This document shows, one piece after another, positions 39,301-51,650 of a DNA stretch of 64,000 nucleotides (position 1 is the first letter of the stretch; every line of letters starts with the position of its first letter). The DNA comes from Nageia nagi. Its lineage: Eukaryota > Plantae > Pinophyta. The DNA lies in the NCBI GenBank assembly GCA_050084985.1, contig JBITNC010000001.1, positions 133,920,001-133,984,000 on the forward strand, read 5' to 3'. The notes beneath the pieces are model-generated. The model was not told where the DNA came from, made no database searches, and saw nothing but the letters and a program-made list of their open reading frames with translations. A program made the translations under genes and the position numbers.

Positions 39301-40097
39301 AGATACGAGGAATGTTTGAAATCTGACTTTTCAATTTTAAATACATTTCTTAATTTCTCCGATTATAAAAGCCGAGAAATCTTAGCAGACGTGAACTTCT
39401 GAAATGTTATAAGCCATACACACCATGGCTTCATCTATTTCAATATGGGTCTTTTTTCCCAAGATGACTGCAAGTGCTTGCAGCACTTCTCTATCCTTTT
39501 TTCTTTCAAAAAGAGCTATCTAGTCGCTCAGCCAGAGTTTAGCTTTTCTGCTGTCCTAGTATCTCCCATTGATCCAGCTCAGCATTTCATCTTGATTGAT
39601 ATAAAAATCATGTTTCTCCTTTTTCCAATCAATTTGTTTTTTAACAAGAAACGTCCAGTCTGCTAGAACAGCAAATGTTTGGACGATGGAGTTAGGAGAG
39701 TAATCCAGCACTGCTTCAAATACCAGTTCAAAAGTATGTCCCTCTTCAATGCTCTTGAACATTCTAATTTGGTACCCCTTTTGATGATGCCTGTGTGCCA
39801 AGGAGTATAAAAGCTCAGGGCATGTCGACTCATAGGGCACATAATATGCTAGGCCCTGGTCAATCATGACATCTCTCTTCGAATGAGCAAATGACCTTCC
39901 TTTTTTGCTCACTTTAGGTGTCTTAAGCTGCAACAGAACACGGCTAAGGTCAGCTCTCCATGTATCCATATGATTAATTACCCCATTTCAATCCAATTTA
40001 TCCCTAGTGCATTCTCAAAATATTCTTCTTGTAAAGAGAGGAGGCCAACGTCGAGTTGTTCTACTTCGGCTGCAGAGTATGACTGAGAGGTCGCCAT
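36360..40097 (-). pseudogene. Extra 3' ORF of element B, same strand as pol, ~1,200 codons, fragmented, function unknown
   Basis: A chain of minus-strand ORFs between the integrase and the 3' LTR (39556-39969, 37985-38449, 37295-37825, 36490-36711). It begins MATSQSYS at 40097, has a low-complexity E/P/K middle and a heptad-like charged C-terminal part. Confidence 0.7.
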
Positions 40098-40676
40098 GAT
40101 ATTAACAACCTTTTTTGAACATCTGGTTGTCATTTAGATATAGCAATCTGGGCAATGCAAGGTCCTACAACTTTTCTCTCTTCCAACACAACTCGGCTCT
40201 GAAATCTCTAAGCTCTGAATGCTCTGGTAACTTATGTGCTTGAAATTGGCTAAGTGTTGAACTATAAAGTATGGGGGAGATTTTATTTGTCCAAAGTTGG
40301 CAAGATTTCCATTAATGGCAATTACTTCTTGATGATCTTGAGACTTGCACATTGTACGGATTGAGCTAACATAGGCTAGATTAGTAAATTCAAAGCACAC
40401 GAGAGTTTATTTGTTATACTTGTGCGATGGTTCGTAAAATCCGAGGAAATCTCTACTTAAATGTTGCTTTATTCAGTGATAGCTAAGCAACATGTCAGCA
40501 TTAACTCTTGACGAAGCTGAATTAAAGTTGACCGCTAAGTAGTACATCGACATTAACTCTTAATAACACTAAATTAAATGAGCATTAACGGCTATTTACT
40601 TGTTTGAAAACTATGCAAAAAAACTTTATGTACAATATACAATGCTTTGCAGGTAGTACAAGTTTACCTCATCACT

Positions 40677-43600
40677 CAGTAATGTTTTAAATAGATCCGA
40701 TTAATGGGAATAGGTAATTCCTAGGACCCGGTAACATCTTGCAACTTGAATGCATTATTTTGCATAGCCTGGGTAATGTAGAGCCTGCTCCAAAAAGTCA
40801 AATTTTTGATGTCTTCCAAGCTTTGCTCTTTCCTCATCTCATTTGAGAACAATATCACCTGGTTCAAACTTAACCCGAGAAGACTTTCTTATCAAACCAT
40901 CTCTTGACGATGTGCTAACGATGCTAGAATGACTCATATGCTTTGTTCCAATCTTCCTCCAATTTCAGGAGCTAACTATATCTAGATTGTAGTGGCTTAA
41001 AATCATGGTCTTCCATTTCTTGCAGGATTTTTAAAGTTGGTAACTCCATGTGTACTGGCAACAAAGGTTTTTTACCATATACCAATTCATATGTGGATGT
41101 CTTTATTGTTGATTTTATACTAATTCTATCAACCCATAATGCATAGTCCAATTGTGTATGCCACTGTCTGGGATTCCCTTCAATTGTTCTCTTAATGATC
41201 CAAGTCAAAGTTTTGTTAGTTAACTCAACTAACCCATTACCCTGTGGGTAATAGTTTGAAGAGAATAACCAATAAATTCCATACTGAGCTACAAAGCTTG
41301 CAGATTGCCCCCAATAAATGTTGAACCATTGTCTGACACTATAGTCTGTGAGATTCCAAAGCGGGTGATTATCCTTTTAATCATTTCTATCACCACTTCT
41401 TGATCTCCATTTTTGCATGGCATAGCCTCTAACCATCTAGTGAAGTAATCTGTTGCAGTCAAAATAAACTTGTGGCTTGCCGAGGAATTTGGGTTTATAA
41501 CACTAATGAAGTACATACCCCAATGTTGAAAAGGCTCTTCAACTACTATATGTTTGAGAGGCATCGCAACTTGTCTTCTCTTTCCCACAAATCTTTTACA
41601 CTTATCACATTCTTGGGCAATCTTGAATGAATCCTGAAACATAGTGGGCCAATAATATCCAACTTGTAATACCTTTGCTGCTGTAGTTGGTCCACTATAA
41701 TGCCCGCCAGAGAATCCGTAATGAAATTCATGCAATATTCTACAGGATTCATCTTGAGTCACACATCTGAGAAGGGTTTGATCAAAACTTTTTCTATACA
41801 AACGATCATCTATCATGATAAATTTAAGGGCATGCAACCTGAATCTCCTTCTTTGGAATCTTTCCAGAGCTTCAAGGCATCTACCAGTTTGAAAATAAAC
41901 CATGATTTGCTTAATCCACTCACTTTCATGATTAAGTTGCTGCTCATCCTCCACAAGAGCAATCATATGTAAAGCCTCAGCTATATTTTCACAAAGCCCT
42001 ACCTCTGATCAGCTTGGTTGGCTTAATCTCTATGTCGTATTCCATTATTTTAGTGATCCAACCAGCCTTTCCTTCACTTAGATCTTCTTGTCTAATATGA
42101 TTTTTTACATCTAGATGAATAGTATATACAAGGACTCTATTGTGGGAGACATAATGTTTGAATTTTTTAAATCCTTTCATAATGGAAAACACTTGTTTTT
42201 CAATAAATGAGTACCTTTGTTGGTGTTGATGCAATGTTTGACTATGAAAGACAATTGGGTGTTCTTTCTTATTGTCATCCTTCTATGCCAAAATTGCAGC
42301 AATGCTCTTGTTTGCTCCATGTGCATACATGATAAAATCTTTTAACATATCAAGATTTTTAAGCACAGGGGCTTCTGTTATAGCCTTTTTTATCTCTTTG
42401 AACGCTCCTTTTGCTTCACATGACCAGAAAAATATAGCATCTTTCTTTAGCATTAAAATGATAGAAGATACAATTTCTGAAAAATTATTAATCAATTTCC
42501 TAACAAAATTGATTAGACTAAGGAATGACTGTAAGGCCTTATTAAAGGGGAGTGGTAATGCTTCTATAACTTTCACTCTATCTGGATCAATTGCTAATCC
42601 CTCTTTTGAGACAATGTGATCAAGTAACTTTCCTTGGTTGACAATAAAAATTGACTTTTTTGGGTTGATTGAAATGCCAAATTTCATGCATCTTTAAAAG
42701 ATTGACCTTAGATGTTCCAAGTGATCACTTCTACTTCTAGAGAAGACAATGATATCATCTAAATAGATCAATATAATCTTGTTTATAGGCTCGCCAAATG
42801 CATGTTACATAGCTCTTTAAAAAGTAGCTCTTGCATTAGAAAGACCAAATCCCATCCTTTGAAAAGCAAATATCCCCCATTTAGTTGTAAATGTTGTTTT
42901 GAACTGATCTTCATCCTTCACCCAAATCTAATTAAATCATTAGTAGCTATCAATCATTGAAAAACAACAAGCTCCGGCCATTGTATGTAGGATCTGCTCC
43001 ATAGGAGGGAGAGGATAATTCTCTTTAAGGGACATTATTCAAATTTCTGAAATCAACCCAGAGTCTGATTTCTCCACTTTTCTTTCTAACAGGAACTAGA
43101 TTTGCAACCCAAGAAGAATGCTTGATAAGATAAATGATTTTTGAATCAAGTAGCTTGATTAACTCTTATTTCATAGCTTCTTCTATCTTTGGGTTGACAG
43201 GTCTTTGTTTTTTGCCTGTATGGTTTGACTTTTGGCGCAAGCTCAATTGTGTGTTGGATGACATCTTTGTCATATGTCTTTAGATCATCATAAGTCTAGG
43301 CAATTACTTGGAAAAACTCATGATAAATCTGAAACATAGCAACCTTTTTTGCATCAGATTACTCTAAACCAATTTTTATAAATTTCCCGAGTTCTACTTC
43401 CAGCTCAACATAATTCTCTTTCAGGATGATCGAAGACTTAGCCTTTAATACATCTTCTGAATCAAGTAGTCTTTCAAAAGAGAGCAGTCCTTTTGGTATT
43501 ACATTGTTTTTGAGTTGAATGACATCTGATTTTTGGAAACAATGACATTTCCTGAGTATCAAAAATGTGAGCCATTGCTTCATCTACGAGGAAGTTGACA

Positions 43601-46350
43601 ATATGCTCATCGAAATCATATACTTGTCAGAAATTTGCAGCATTGAGTACTGAAGGCCTACACTGAACTTTGACTCCAAAAGCTCCTCTTTTATAATGAG
43701 CAAGGTTATAACGTGCCCTCTTCCAACAAATGCATCGACTATTTGGTTGTGCCTTCTAGAAACAGATATAAAATTGATAGCTAGAAACAACTAAAATAAA
43801 TCCCATACTCTGTTCTTGTAGTTCGTCAGGTAATGATGTTTTGCATTGATTTGATTTTTAACTTGTTTGATGGAAAATTAGGCATCTGATGCCAATACTG
43901 ATTGCTTTAGATAACCCTCAACAAAAGGCTTCATATTCAACAACATTGTTTGTACATATCCATGTGAATCGGAAGGAGAATCTTTTGGTAGTTCCCATGG
44001 GAGATTTGAAGACCACTCCAGCTCCACATCCATGTCTACACTGGGAACCATCAAAATACATCGTCTATACCTCATGTTCTTTATCAGCAGTGAGAGATTG
44101 GTTGAACTCATATAGACAATAATTGCCCATGCCAACATCTGTGACCTAATAATTCAGATCATTTGCTGAAAGAACTTTAATTGTCAGCAGTGATTCCCTT
44201 AGTGTGTCACTTTCAAATATCTCCACTGGTTGTGGATCATTCATGCAGTTTAGTTCATTGATCCTCTTAAGATGGACAGTTTTAGTGTCTTCATTCAAAA
44301 TCTTCACCTGTTTGTTTTGGAAAGGAAGCAGATGATTATAATCTAAGGCTAGGTACCGTCCCAATTTAGCAGGAAATTCTCTGGAAAGACATTCCGAATA
44401 GTGATGGAAGATCAACTACAATAATGTCTTGGACAACACGAATATTAGGTAAGGCATTCAAAGTTATTTGAACACTTTTAACACTACCAACCACATCTAC
44501 TAAGGAAGAATTTAACTATATGACACCATCAATGCATCTTGTAATGTACAACTTCATTTCGTTTGCAACAACTTTAGGGATAACAGTTATTGCAGCTCCG
44601 GTATCTATCATACAGTTGTTCACTACCCAACCTTCTAATCTTATGGATAAATAGAAAGATGAGGGTCTTATTATACCTATTGGAGCTAAAGGGACAACTT
44701 CAAACATAGCATAGACAAGATTCTCTTCATTTGTTCTTTTTACAGTTTCTTAACTTTAAAGCATCTTGCAAAAGATCTAATTGGTATCCTTAATGCATCA
44801 AACATAGTCATCTTAGAAGGAGTTTTCTTTAATTATTTGACAATATTATAAGGAGCATATGGGATGGACTTACTTGGTTCCGCTTGCTGATGTGTTCTGA
44901 AATGTTGAGTAGTCTTTTCTTTATGATAATCAATGATGAAAGGATATCTCAATGTACCGAGTCTTTCTTTCTCCGAGACTTCTTTTCTGGTTGCAGCATG
45001 GTTTGTTTCACCCAGGACGTTAGTACCCCGGTTTGATGGAATAGTTTTCGGATTAAACGGGACTTGATAATGTTGGTTCTGAGGCTGAGCTAAAAGAGCC
45101 TTAGCTTTCTTAGATTCAAGTTGGGCTTGAATGGAAGCTCGATACTGCTGAGTGGCTTGAGGCTGTTGTGGAGCTATTGAAGAAGTTGCTCTAGTTTGAA
45201 CACAATTTGCTTGTTCTCTAACATATCCCGAAACCCAAAAATTGACCATTATGAGATCAACAACAAGATCTGAAGCAGATTCTACCATCTGGTCAAAATG
45301 TAACCCCAAATACTAATGTTGATACATCACACATGAATCTAGAAAATGAGCTGAAAATGGTGGACACCACTCCGCAATGCTCGAAGCAGCACTATCTGTA
45401 GAACTAATCATAACAGCATTCTCAATTGTTTTAGGAGGATTTGACTGTTCAAACTTATTGACCTTGGGTTGGAATCTTGGTTGATATTGATTATCGTATC
45501 TTCTATAATTAAAACCATGATTCTGCCTTTCTTGCAGAGTGAGCTTATTGATTAGATTTATGATAGTCACCTCCAACTGCCTTATTCTCTCTTCTTGAGA
45601 TTTAGGTTCAGTAACAGTACTTGTGGATGCAAGAGCGGTTAATGCTGATAGCTATTTTTGAACAAGAGGTTTGGGAGAAGGTGGTAAGGCCAAAACTCCA
45701 GGATGACCTATTTGTGGAGCTTGCTTGAAAAATAAACTTGGAAATACAGGCATGATGATTCTAGGCTGCATTTTACCAGAGGACACCAAAGTATGTTCTG
45801 CAATATTTGCTATCTGGTAAACATTTGGGAATGTGTCTTTTAACATAACATGCATATTTAGGTCAGGAAGAAATGTTTTCCTGTAATACACCAAAGCTTA
45901 TGCATTCGTTGGTCTAATCCTTGCTAGTATGGACTTCCATGTTCTTTCAAATCTTATATTAAAATCATCAATAGATTCATGAGGATGTCTTTTGATGCAT
46001 GCTATGAGGCTAAAGAACATGCTACCATCGTCATTTACAAAAAATCCTTTAATCAAAGTCTGACACAACTCTCCATATGAATTTATAGATTAGTGGGTAA
46101 GAGTTCTGAACCAATCAGCTATTTTGCCTTCAAAAGAGTGTGATAGTAGTCTAGTCATCACAGTTTCATCAGTAATATCAAAGCTTAAGGCCAACAAAGA
46201 TACATCTTGACAATGCTCATATGGCGTCTTTTCAGAGCCATCATACTTAAGCAAAACTTTAAAAGTTGCTTGAGGTATAGGCGGTGAATTAGCAGCTACA
46301 ACCAAAGGATGACTATTATTGCAAGCAAGAAAATCTACTGGTTGAGCCAT
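40677..46350 (-). pseudogene. Disrupted gag-pol of element B (gag-PROT-aRH-RT-RH-INT)
   Basis: gag KYDGSEKTPYEH..RLLSHSFEGKIADWF; protease CMIDTGAAITVIP; aRH MYFDGSQCRHGCGAGVVF..TNNVVEYEA (~43600-44065); RT WVANLVPVRKKSGEIRL and IYLDDIIVF (~42700-43200); integrase H..FSGGHYSG..YYWPTMF..C..C and TATDYFTRWLEA..IVSDNGSTF. Confidence 0.93.
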
Positions 46351-47814
46351 ACTTGGAAAATGTACAGGAGACGAAGGATTTTCTGGGAATGAGTCAAATA
46401 CAACTAACAAAGGGGTTGCCCTTAAAGGGACAAAAGGAGACAACCCGAGAAATCTTTCACTTAGTCCTCCTATGAGAAATTGACAGCTCTTGAAACCTAA
46501 GCTAAGGGAATTTCTGGCACTACTTCTAATTAGTCTGCGTTCTGGAGGTGCCAACATTCAAAACATTGACTGGTTTGACAAGTCACCAATAAGGTTACAA
46601 GAACCTTATAATCTTGAAGAATTCAATTGATAGCCCACCAGACGAGGCTATCAGGCCTGACAACACCTACTAAATATGGAATTTAGCTCGTGTCCCACCG
46701 GGCATGCCAAAAACAAAATTGGCTACTGTTGATCGGTATAGCATAACCTCAAGGGTGTGGTCTGGTCATGTTCTGCACTGCCAACAACAATAGATTCCTT
46801 GAAAGAGCAGAAAGTGGTGGGGGTGCACTCGTGTTGGTTTTCTGCTCAATCTCCGGTTTATAGGCCGGTTCCTATCCATATTTAAAATCAAAAGTAACAA
46901 GAAAGGAATAAAAAGATGAAGAGTTACAAGAAAGAAATAAGTAAATAAACAGCTAAAATAGGAAATTTACAACCTAGGCATTGCAACGTAGGTAGCAATC
47001 CATAGCCAAGATTAAGAATAGTAAAGTATCTCGCACCTGGGGTCTCGCAATCACAATACATAACCACAATTTGAAGAAAACATTTCACATAACATTCACA
47101 AAAACAATAATAGTCGCTTTGTTGCAAGAGGGCAAAGCGTTGTCTGCTTGTATTATCATATGTGAATAGCTCTCACAGATTTAGGCAAATTTGCTAAAAT
47201 GTTTGACCTTTTTAATTTTTAAAAGCTAGCTATTTATACAACTTCCCCCCTCCTTGAGTGGTTGAGTTTCATTAATATACATAACTGCTAGCATTGAATG
47301 AAACAACTAAAACAACACTATTTACATAAATGCTACAACTATGCTAGATTACACAGTGGATAAGTACTAATCAACATACTTGTAGTTTCTTCACAGCCAT
47401 GTCCATAGAGCCGCAATCCTTCTGACATGTTATTGACTATTCCTTTTTCGATCCTGTAGCTGATTGAAGATAGCACTGTAACTGATTGAGTAGTTATTTG
47501 ATTTCACTTTTGATTGGTACGATTTGGTATTATGCTTTGTCAGCCACTATCTGCTTCTCTGCAATCTTTATGATCTCTACTGTAGATGTCAATAATCAAA
47601 GCAATGGTGATTGATAAGACATTATGTTCACTTGGTTCAAGAAGAACTGCCACTGTTACGTGGAAATGAGTCGATGTTGACATATTAACAAGGCCCCAAA
47701 GGTCAAACACTTAAGATGAAGTGGACCCAGGTGTTCTTTCTCATGCATTACTCTTACACTTGCTTGGCAGGCTCTATGTTCTTCTTTCGAGCTCTATCGA
47801 TGATCAAGTTCTGC

Positions 47815-48195
47815 CGGGACCCACTGATTTTCACCAAAAAATGTGACATCATCTCTCAAAATCGATGGGCTCTATTGATATTTTGATTTATCGGGGACTC
47901 GTTGATTTTCACCAAAAATCATGACATCATCACTCAAAATCGAAGGGCTCTATTGATATTTTGGCTCCTCCAAGACCTGCTGATTTTTACCAAAAAATAT
48001 GACATCATGTTTCAAAATCATTGAGCTCTGTTGATGTTCTGATTCCGCTGGGACCCGCCGATTTTCACAAAAAAAATCCTGACATCATCACTCAAAATTG
48101 GTGAGCTCTATTGATATTCTGGCTCCTCCAGGACCCGCTGATTTTTACCAAAAAATGTGATGTCATATCTCAAAATCATCAAGCTCTGTTGATGA
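47815..48195. repeat. ~78-bp tandem repeat x5 inside the right LTR of B
   Basis: Same unit at about 47817, 47895, 47973, 48051 and 48131. Confidence 0.9.
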
Positions 48196-50992
48196 TCCTT
48201 TTAAAAATCTAGCTTTGAATTTGTTCAAGTCTTGGACACTCGTGTCAACAATTCCCAAAGGTCCTAAGGCAATAAACATAATTCCCAGATAGTCTTGTAT
48301 ACATGACTTGGGTATTTTTTGACAATTCTTCCGAGTATTCTGAAGAAGATGACATAACTCCCTGATACTCTTAACTCCTAGGCACTAAAGAATAAAAGAA
48401 TAAACAATGATGTCTCCTATCAACATAACTCCTTAGTATTCTTATTCACATAATTCCCGGTACTAACAAAACAATGACTCCCGAATAGTATTATACACAT
48501 GACTCCTAAGACTCTAAGGGGATGTAATGAGAAGAGGAGGGATTAATAAAAATGAAAGAATACAAAATTTTACGACTCATGGAGACTCTAAAAAAGAATA
48601 AAGAATAGACAATGAAGAATGACAGAATTACCCCTATTTAGAGTGTAATTCTGAAATAATACAATTTGCATATGTTATTGGCCATTCTATGGCCATATTT
48701 GTGAGAAAAGATAACCAAGAATGGTTGTTGAGAACCATTATCATTGGCATTAAAGAAATGTCAATACAAGAAGCTTTTAATGAAAGGGAAGTTTCTCATC
48801 AAAAGGAGGCACTCAGTTATCTTCAAGGAGTGAAATCAAAGATGGAGTAGATCCCACACCAAAGGTGGAAGTAGTGTCAATGTGAATTTTTTGTGTTCTT
48901 TGATTTCTTGTTGAAAGATTGGAGGAAACGAAAAAGATTAAGTTTCTTCTAAGTTTGTGAAGTTTTTGGACTACTGGAAGAGTTTCTTCAACATCAAGGG
49001 GGAGAATGTTGGAAATTTAGCTCAATCGAAGACCATTCAAGTTGAAGATCAATTAGACTTGCAAAAGACATTAGTCAACTTTGAAAAAGCATAACTTTTT
49101 ATAAAGACATCCAACTAAGCCGATTCTTTTTGCATTGGATAGTGCTCGAAGATAACTTTCTAAGATCAACTAGACTTTCTAAGATACCTTTCGAAGATCA
49201 ACTATGTTTTCAACCTTCTGCATCCCAAGCGTAATGCACCTCACTCCAAGCACAATGTGCTTCAATACCAAATGCAATCTCCCTACAAACAGAACTTGCA
49301 AACCTATTTTTAGAATGTGTGGGATATCATTTTTTTTGTTTTCCAGTTTATATTAGATGCTTCTATTTTGGATGTTACTTTCACCTAATTGTTGTTTAAC
49401 ATGATAAGGTATTTTTAAAACATCTAATTAGCTTTTTGGATTGGATTGTAACAAGTTGTGATCATGCGCCTTGAGTTTATATTTAACACGATTTATTTTT
49501 GAGTTTGTCAAAAACCTATACATGTAATAATTCAATTTTTCAAATAAATGAAAGTAAAATACTTCTCACCTTCGAGAGACTTGCGGACAAACTTCAATAA
49601 CTAAGAATGTCCCGAAAGTAATTTTTTCATATTATAATATTAGCTATATCATTATTTACAATATTTTTCTTTTTTCTAATGTATTGTACAGTGATATGTG
49701 ATTCCATATATTTGAACTTTTAACTTTACATATTTTGGCTTTCATATTTTTCATGATGAAATTGGCTTACAGAATCAATACCATCAAACATTCAACACTT
49801 TACAAAAATTGAATTTGCCTATATAGTGATAGCAATTTCACTACATTAAGCATGCCATGATACAGATAGTCAAAATATGGAAAATTAATAGTAATATTAA
49901 TTCCTATTGGGATTTACAAAAATTTGAACAATGTTCCTGCTTCCTAATTTTACGCCAAAAGATATCAAGGAGACCCCAACTAATATGATGAAAGACAACT
50001 TAAATATTAAATGAAATAAAACAATCCCTTAAGCTAACATTTTAATCTAAATTATCCTCTCCAAAAGCTCGGCATGGGGGCTTTACAAAAAGTGATGTGT
50101 GAAGATACCCACATGGAAGGTGTGGGTCACAAGTTTCACTTCCATCTTCTACATTAGTGATATTTAAAAATTATTGATAGATCCTACAACCCAATAGGAT
50201 CAAAGGATGTTAAATATTGACTTAGCTTTACTATATGTGCAAATCAGGGAAATGCAATCACTAAGTTAATCTTGTCAAATAAATCCAGACAGAAATATAA
50301 GAGTAAAAAAATAAACTTAAATGTAGGTAAGAAATTTCACAAAGTCCGGTTATTTTTGTAAAGTACTATACTTTTTATTTTTTGGATTTGCAGCTCAGAT
50401 TCTTACATAGGTGGCTAAACACTAAATCCAAGAAGCAGCATTTCACTTTAAATAATGCTTAAAATTTCAACGCGTTTTCAGTACATTAGTTGACAAATAC
50501 CCGACATGAAAGGACGTCATTGCTTTTCTTGAAATGGACATATAGGATATTATCACGTTCTGTATGCCAAACAATCTTGACCTGTGTAGCTGATGTTCCA
50601 AAATGTCACGTCCTGGTATGTGGAGAAAGTCTCTTCACACATTTCCATCTTCCTCGTAATCTCAACAAGAAGAAGCTAGCAATTCAAAATCTCATTATCT
50701 TCCATGTTCCATGAAATAAACGGTTCCTATACAGGCCATAACAAAAGGATTTACACAAGAATTTGGCCAAATAATTTTTGAGAGATGAATTACTCGTCTT
50801 GAAAGTAACAGTCACGCAAGCCCGCAAGTAAAATCAATATCTGTGCTATAAAACGGGTAACAACGATGCACCAAAATTTTGTTGGAATGCATTTACACTT
50901 CTCTACAACAGCAAAAAAAAAAAAAGCAAAACAGAAATTTGCACTGAAAATCTTCAAACTTTTAAAACATACAAATGTGCGGAAAGGCTTAC

Positions 50993-51065
50993 ACAGAAGT
51001 GCCACAGTGTGGCTGGCTCCGGCCGAAACGAGCAACACTGTGCGACTCCTCCCGGTTTGCTCCAT
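50993..51065 (-). CDS. UVR8: UVR8 UV-B photoreceptor, coding exon 1 (MEQTGRSRTVLLVSAGASHTVALL + 1 nt)
   Basis: Matches the Arabidopsis UVR8 N-terminus RKVLIISAGASHSVALL. ATG at 51065 with an in-frame TAG 8 codons upstream. The 73-nt exon ends at donor GTAAGC (phase 1), and T+CT across the intron restores the conserved Ser. Confidence 0.92.
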
Positions 51066-51650
51066 TGCTACAAGTCCACCGTAACCCTAACACTTCACCT
51101 TCGCAATGATAAAATCAACAGACGCCTGACCTTTTCAGCCAAAGTTTTCATACAATATCACAGACACAATTCAGTTCCCGGACAAGCCATACATTAGAAT
51201 ACTACAGACTTACTCTAACATCACCATCAAAAAAACCTCTGTTGATGCTTTCTACTCATTCTGTGCACGATTCCTTCGTTACAGAGAAAGATCAGCTGAC
51301 ATCAACTACACAGAAGAGAAGCGCGCCTAAAATGAAATGAAACCACTCTCCACCATATGCGGGTGTCCTGGGCGGCTGGGCCCCGGTCGTGCTGTCCTTA
51401 AACGCCGTGACCTGTCTTACACACACTTCGCGACAGACACTTGCCTGTAAAACCCTACGGCCTGAGCTGTCTTATAGTCCGAGGCGCTTACCGTTGGGGT
51501 ATATTATCCGTCTACGTCCAATGCACACTATCAATTTCCGACGTTACGTAAGGACGAACGTTGTAAATGACTGCGCCTACTTATAAATTTCTGCAGGCCG
51601 TTGCAAGTACCTTTGGGTCCCCGTCATAAGTCAAAATGGTTAGGTCGGAG
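51066..51650 (-). promoter_or_regulatory. Probable UVR8 5' UTR/promoter: CpG-retaining island with ACGT cores, a telo-box-like and a site II-like motif
   Basis: Locally GC- and CpG-rich in an otherwise CpG-poor window. TGGGCC near 51377, AAACCCTA near 51451, and clustered ACGT cores at 51513-51562. A possible 5' UTR intron donor GTAAGA lies at 51420-51415 (unconfirmed). Confidence 0.55.

Larger units (their letters stand above)
34361..48663 (-). mobile_element. Element B: near full-length Ty3/gypsy Tat-lineage retrotransposon with ~1.95-kb LTRs (~34361-36333 and 46727-48663)
   Basis: Highly similar LTR pair. PBS TGGCATGCCCGGTGGGAC at 46709-46692 (tRNA-Arg-like, from memory). Domain order is gag, protease, aRH, RT, RH, integrase. 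No TSD identified. Confidence 0.92.
32684..49568 (+). mobile_element. Element E: small non-autonomous (TRIM-like/copia-type) LTR element hosting nested insertions
   Basis: LTRs 32684-33281 and 49007-49568 (TGTTGG..TTCTCA). Met PBS TGGTATCAAAGC at 33285-33296, PPT CAAGGGGGAGAA just before 49007, TSD CCTTT/CCTTC. Its surviving internal sequence is only ~370 bp. Confidence 0.9.
10184..50992 (-). other. UVR8 intron 1, 40,809 bp, mostly nested transposons
   Basis: GT..AG boundaries; the flanking exons join in frame with no missing residues relative to known UVR8. Confidence 0.88.

Noticed and set aside
50790-51065. 91-aa ORF as a stand-alone protein
   Set aside because: Only the first 24 codons match UVR8; the rest is read-through into intron 1 past the GTAAGC donor.
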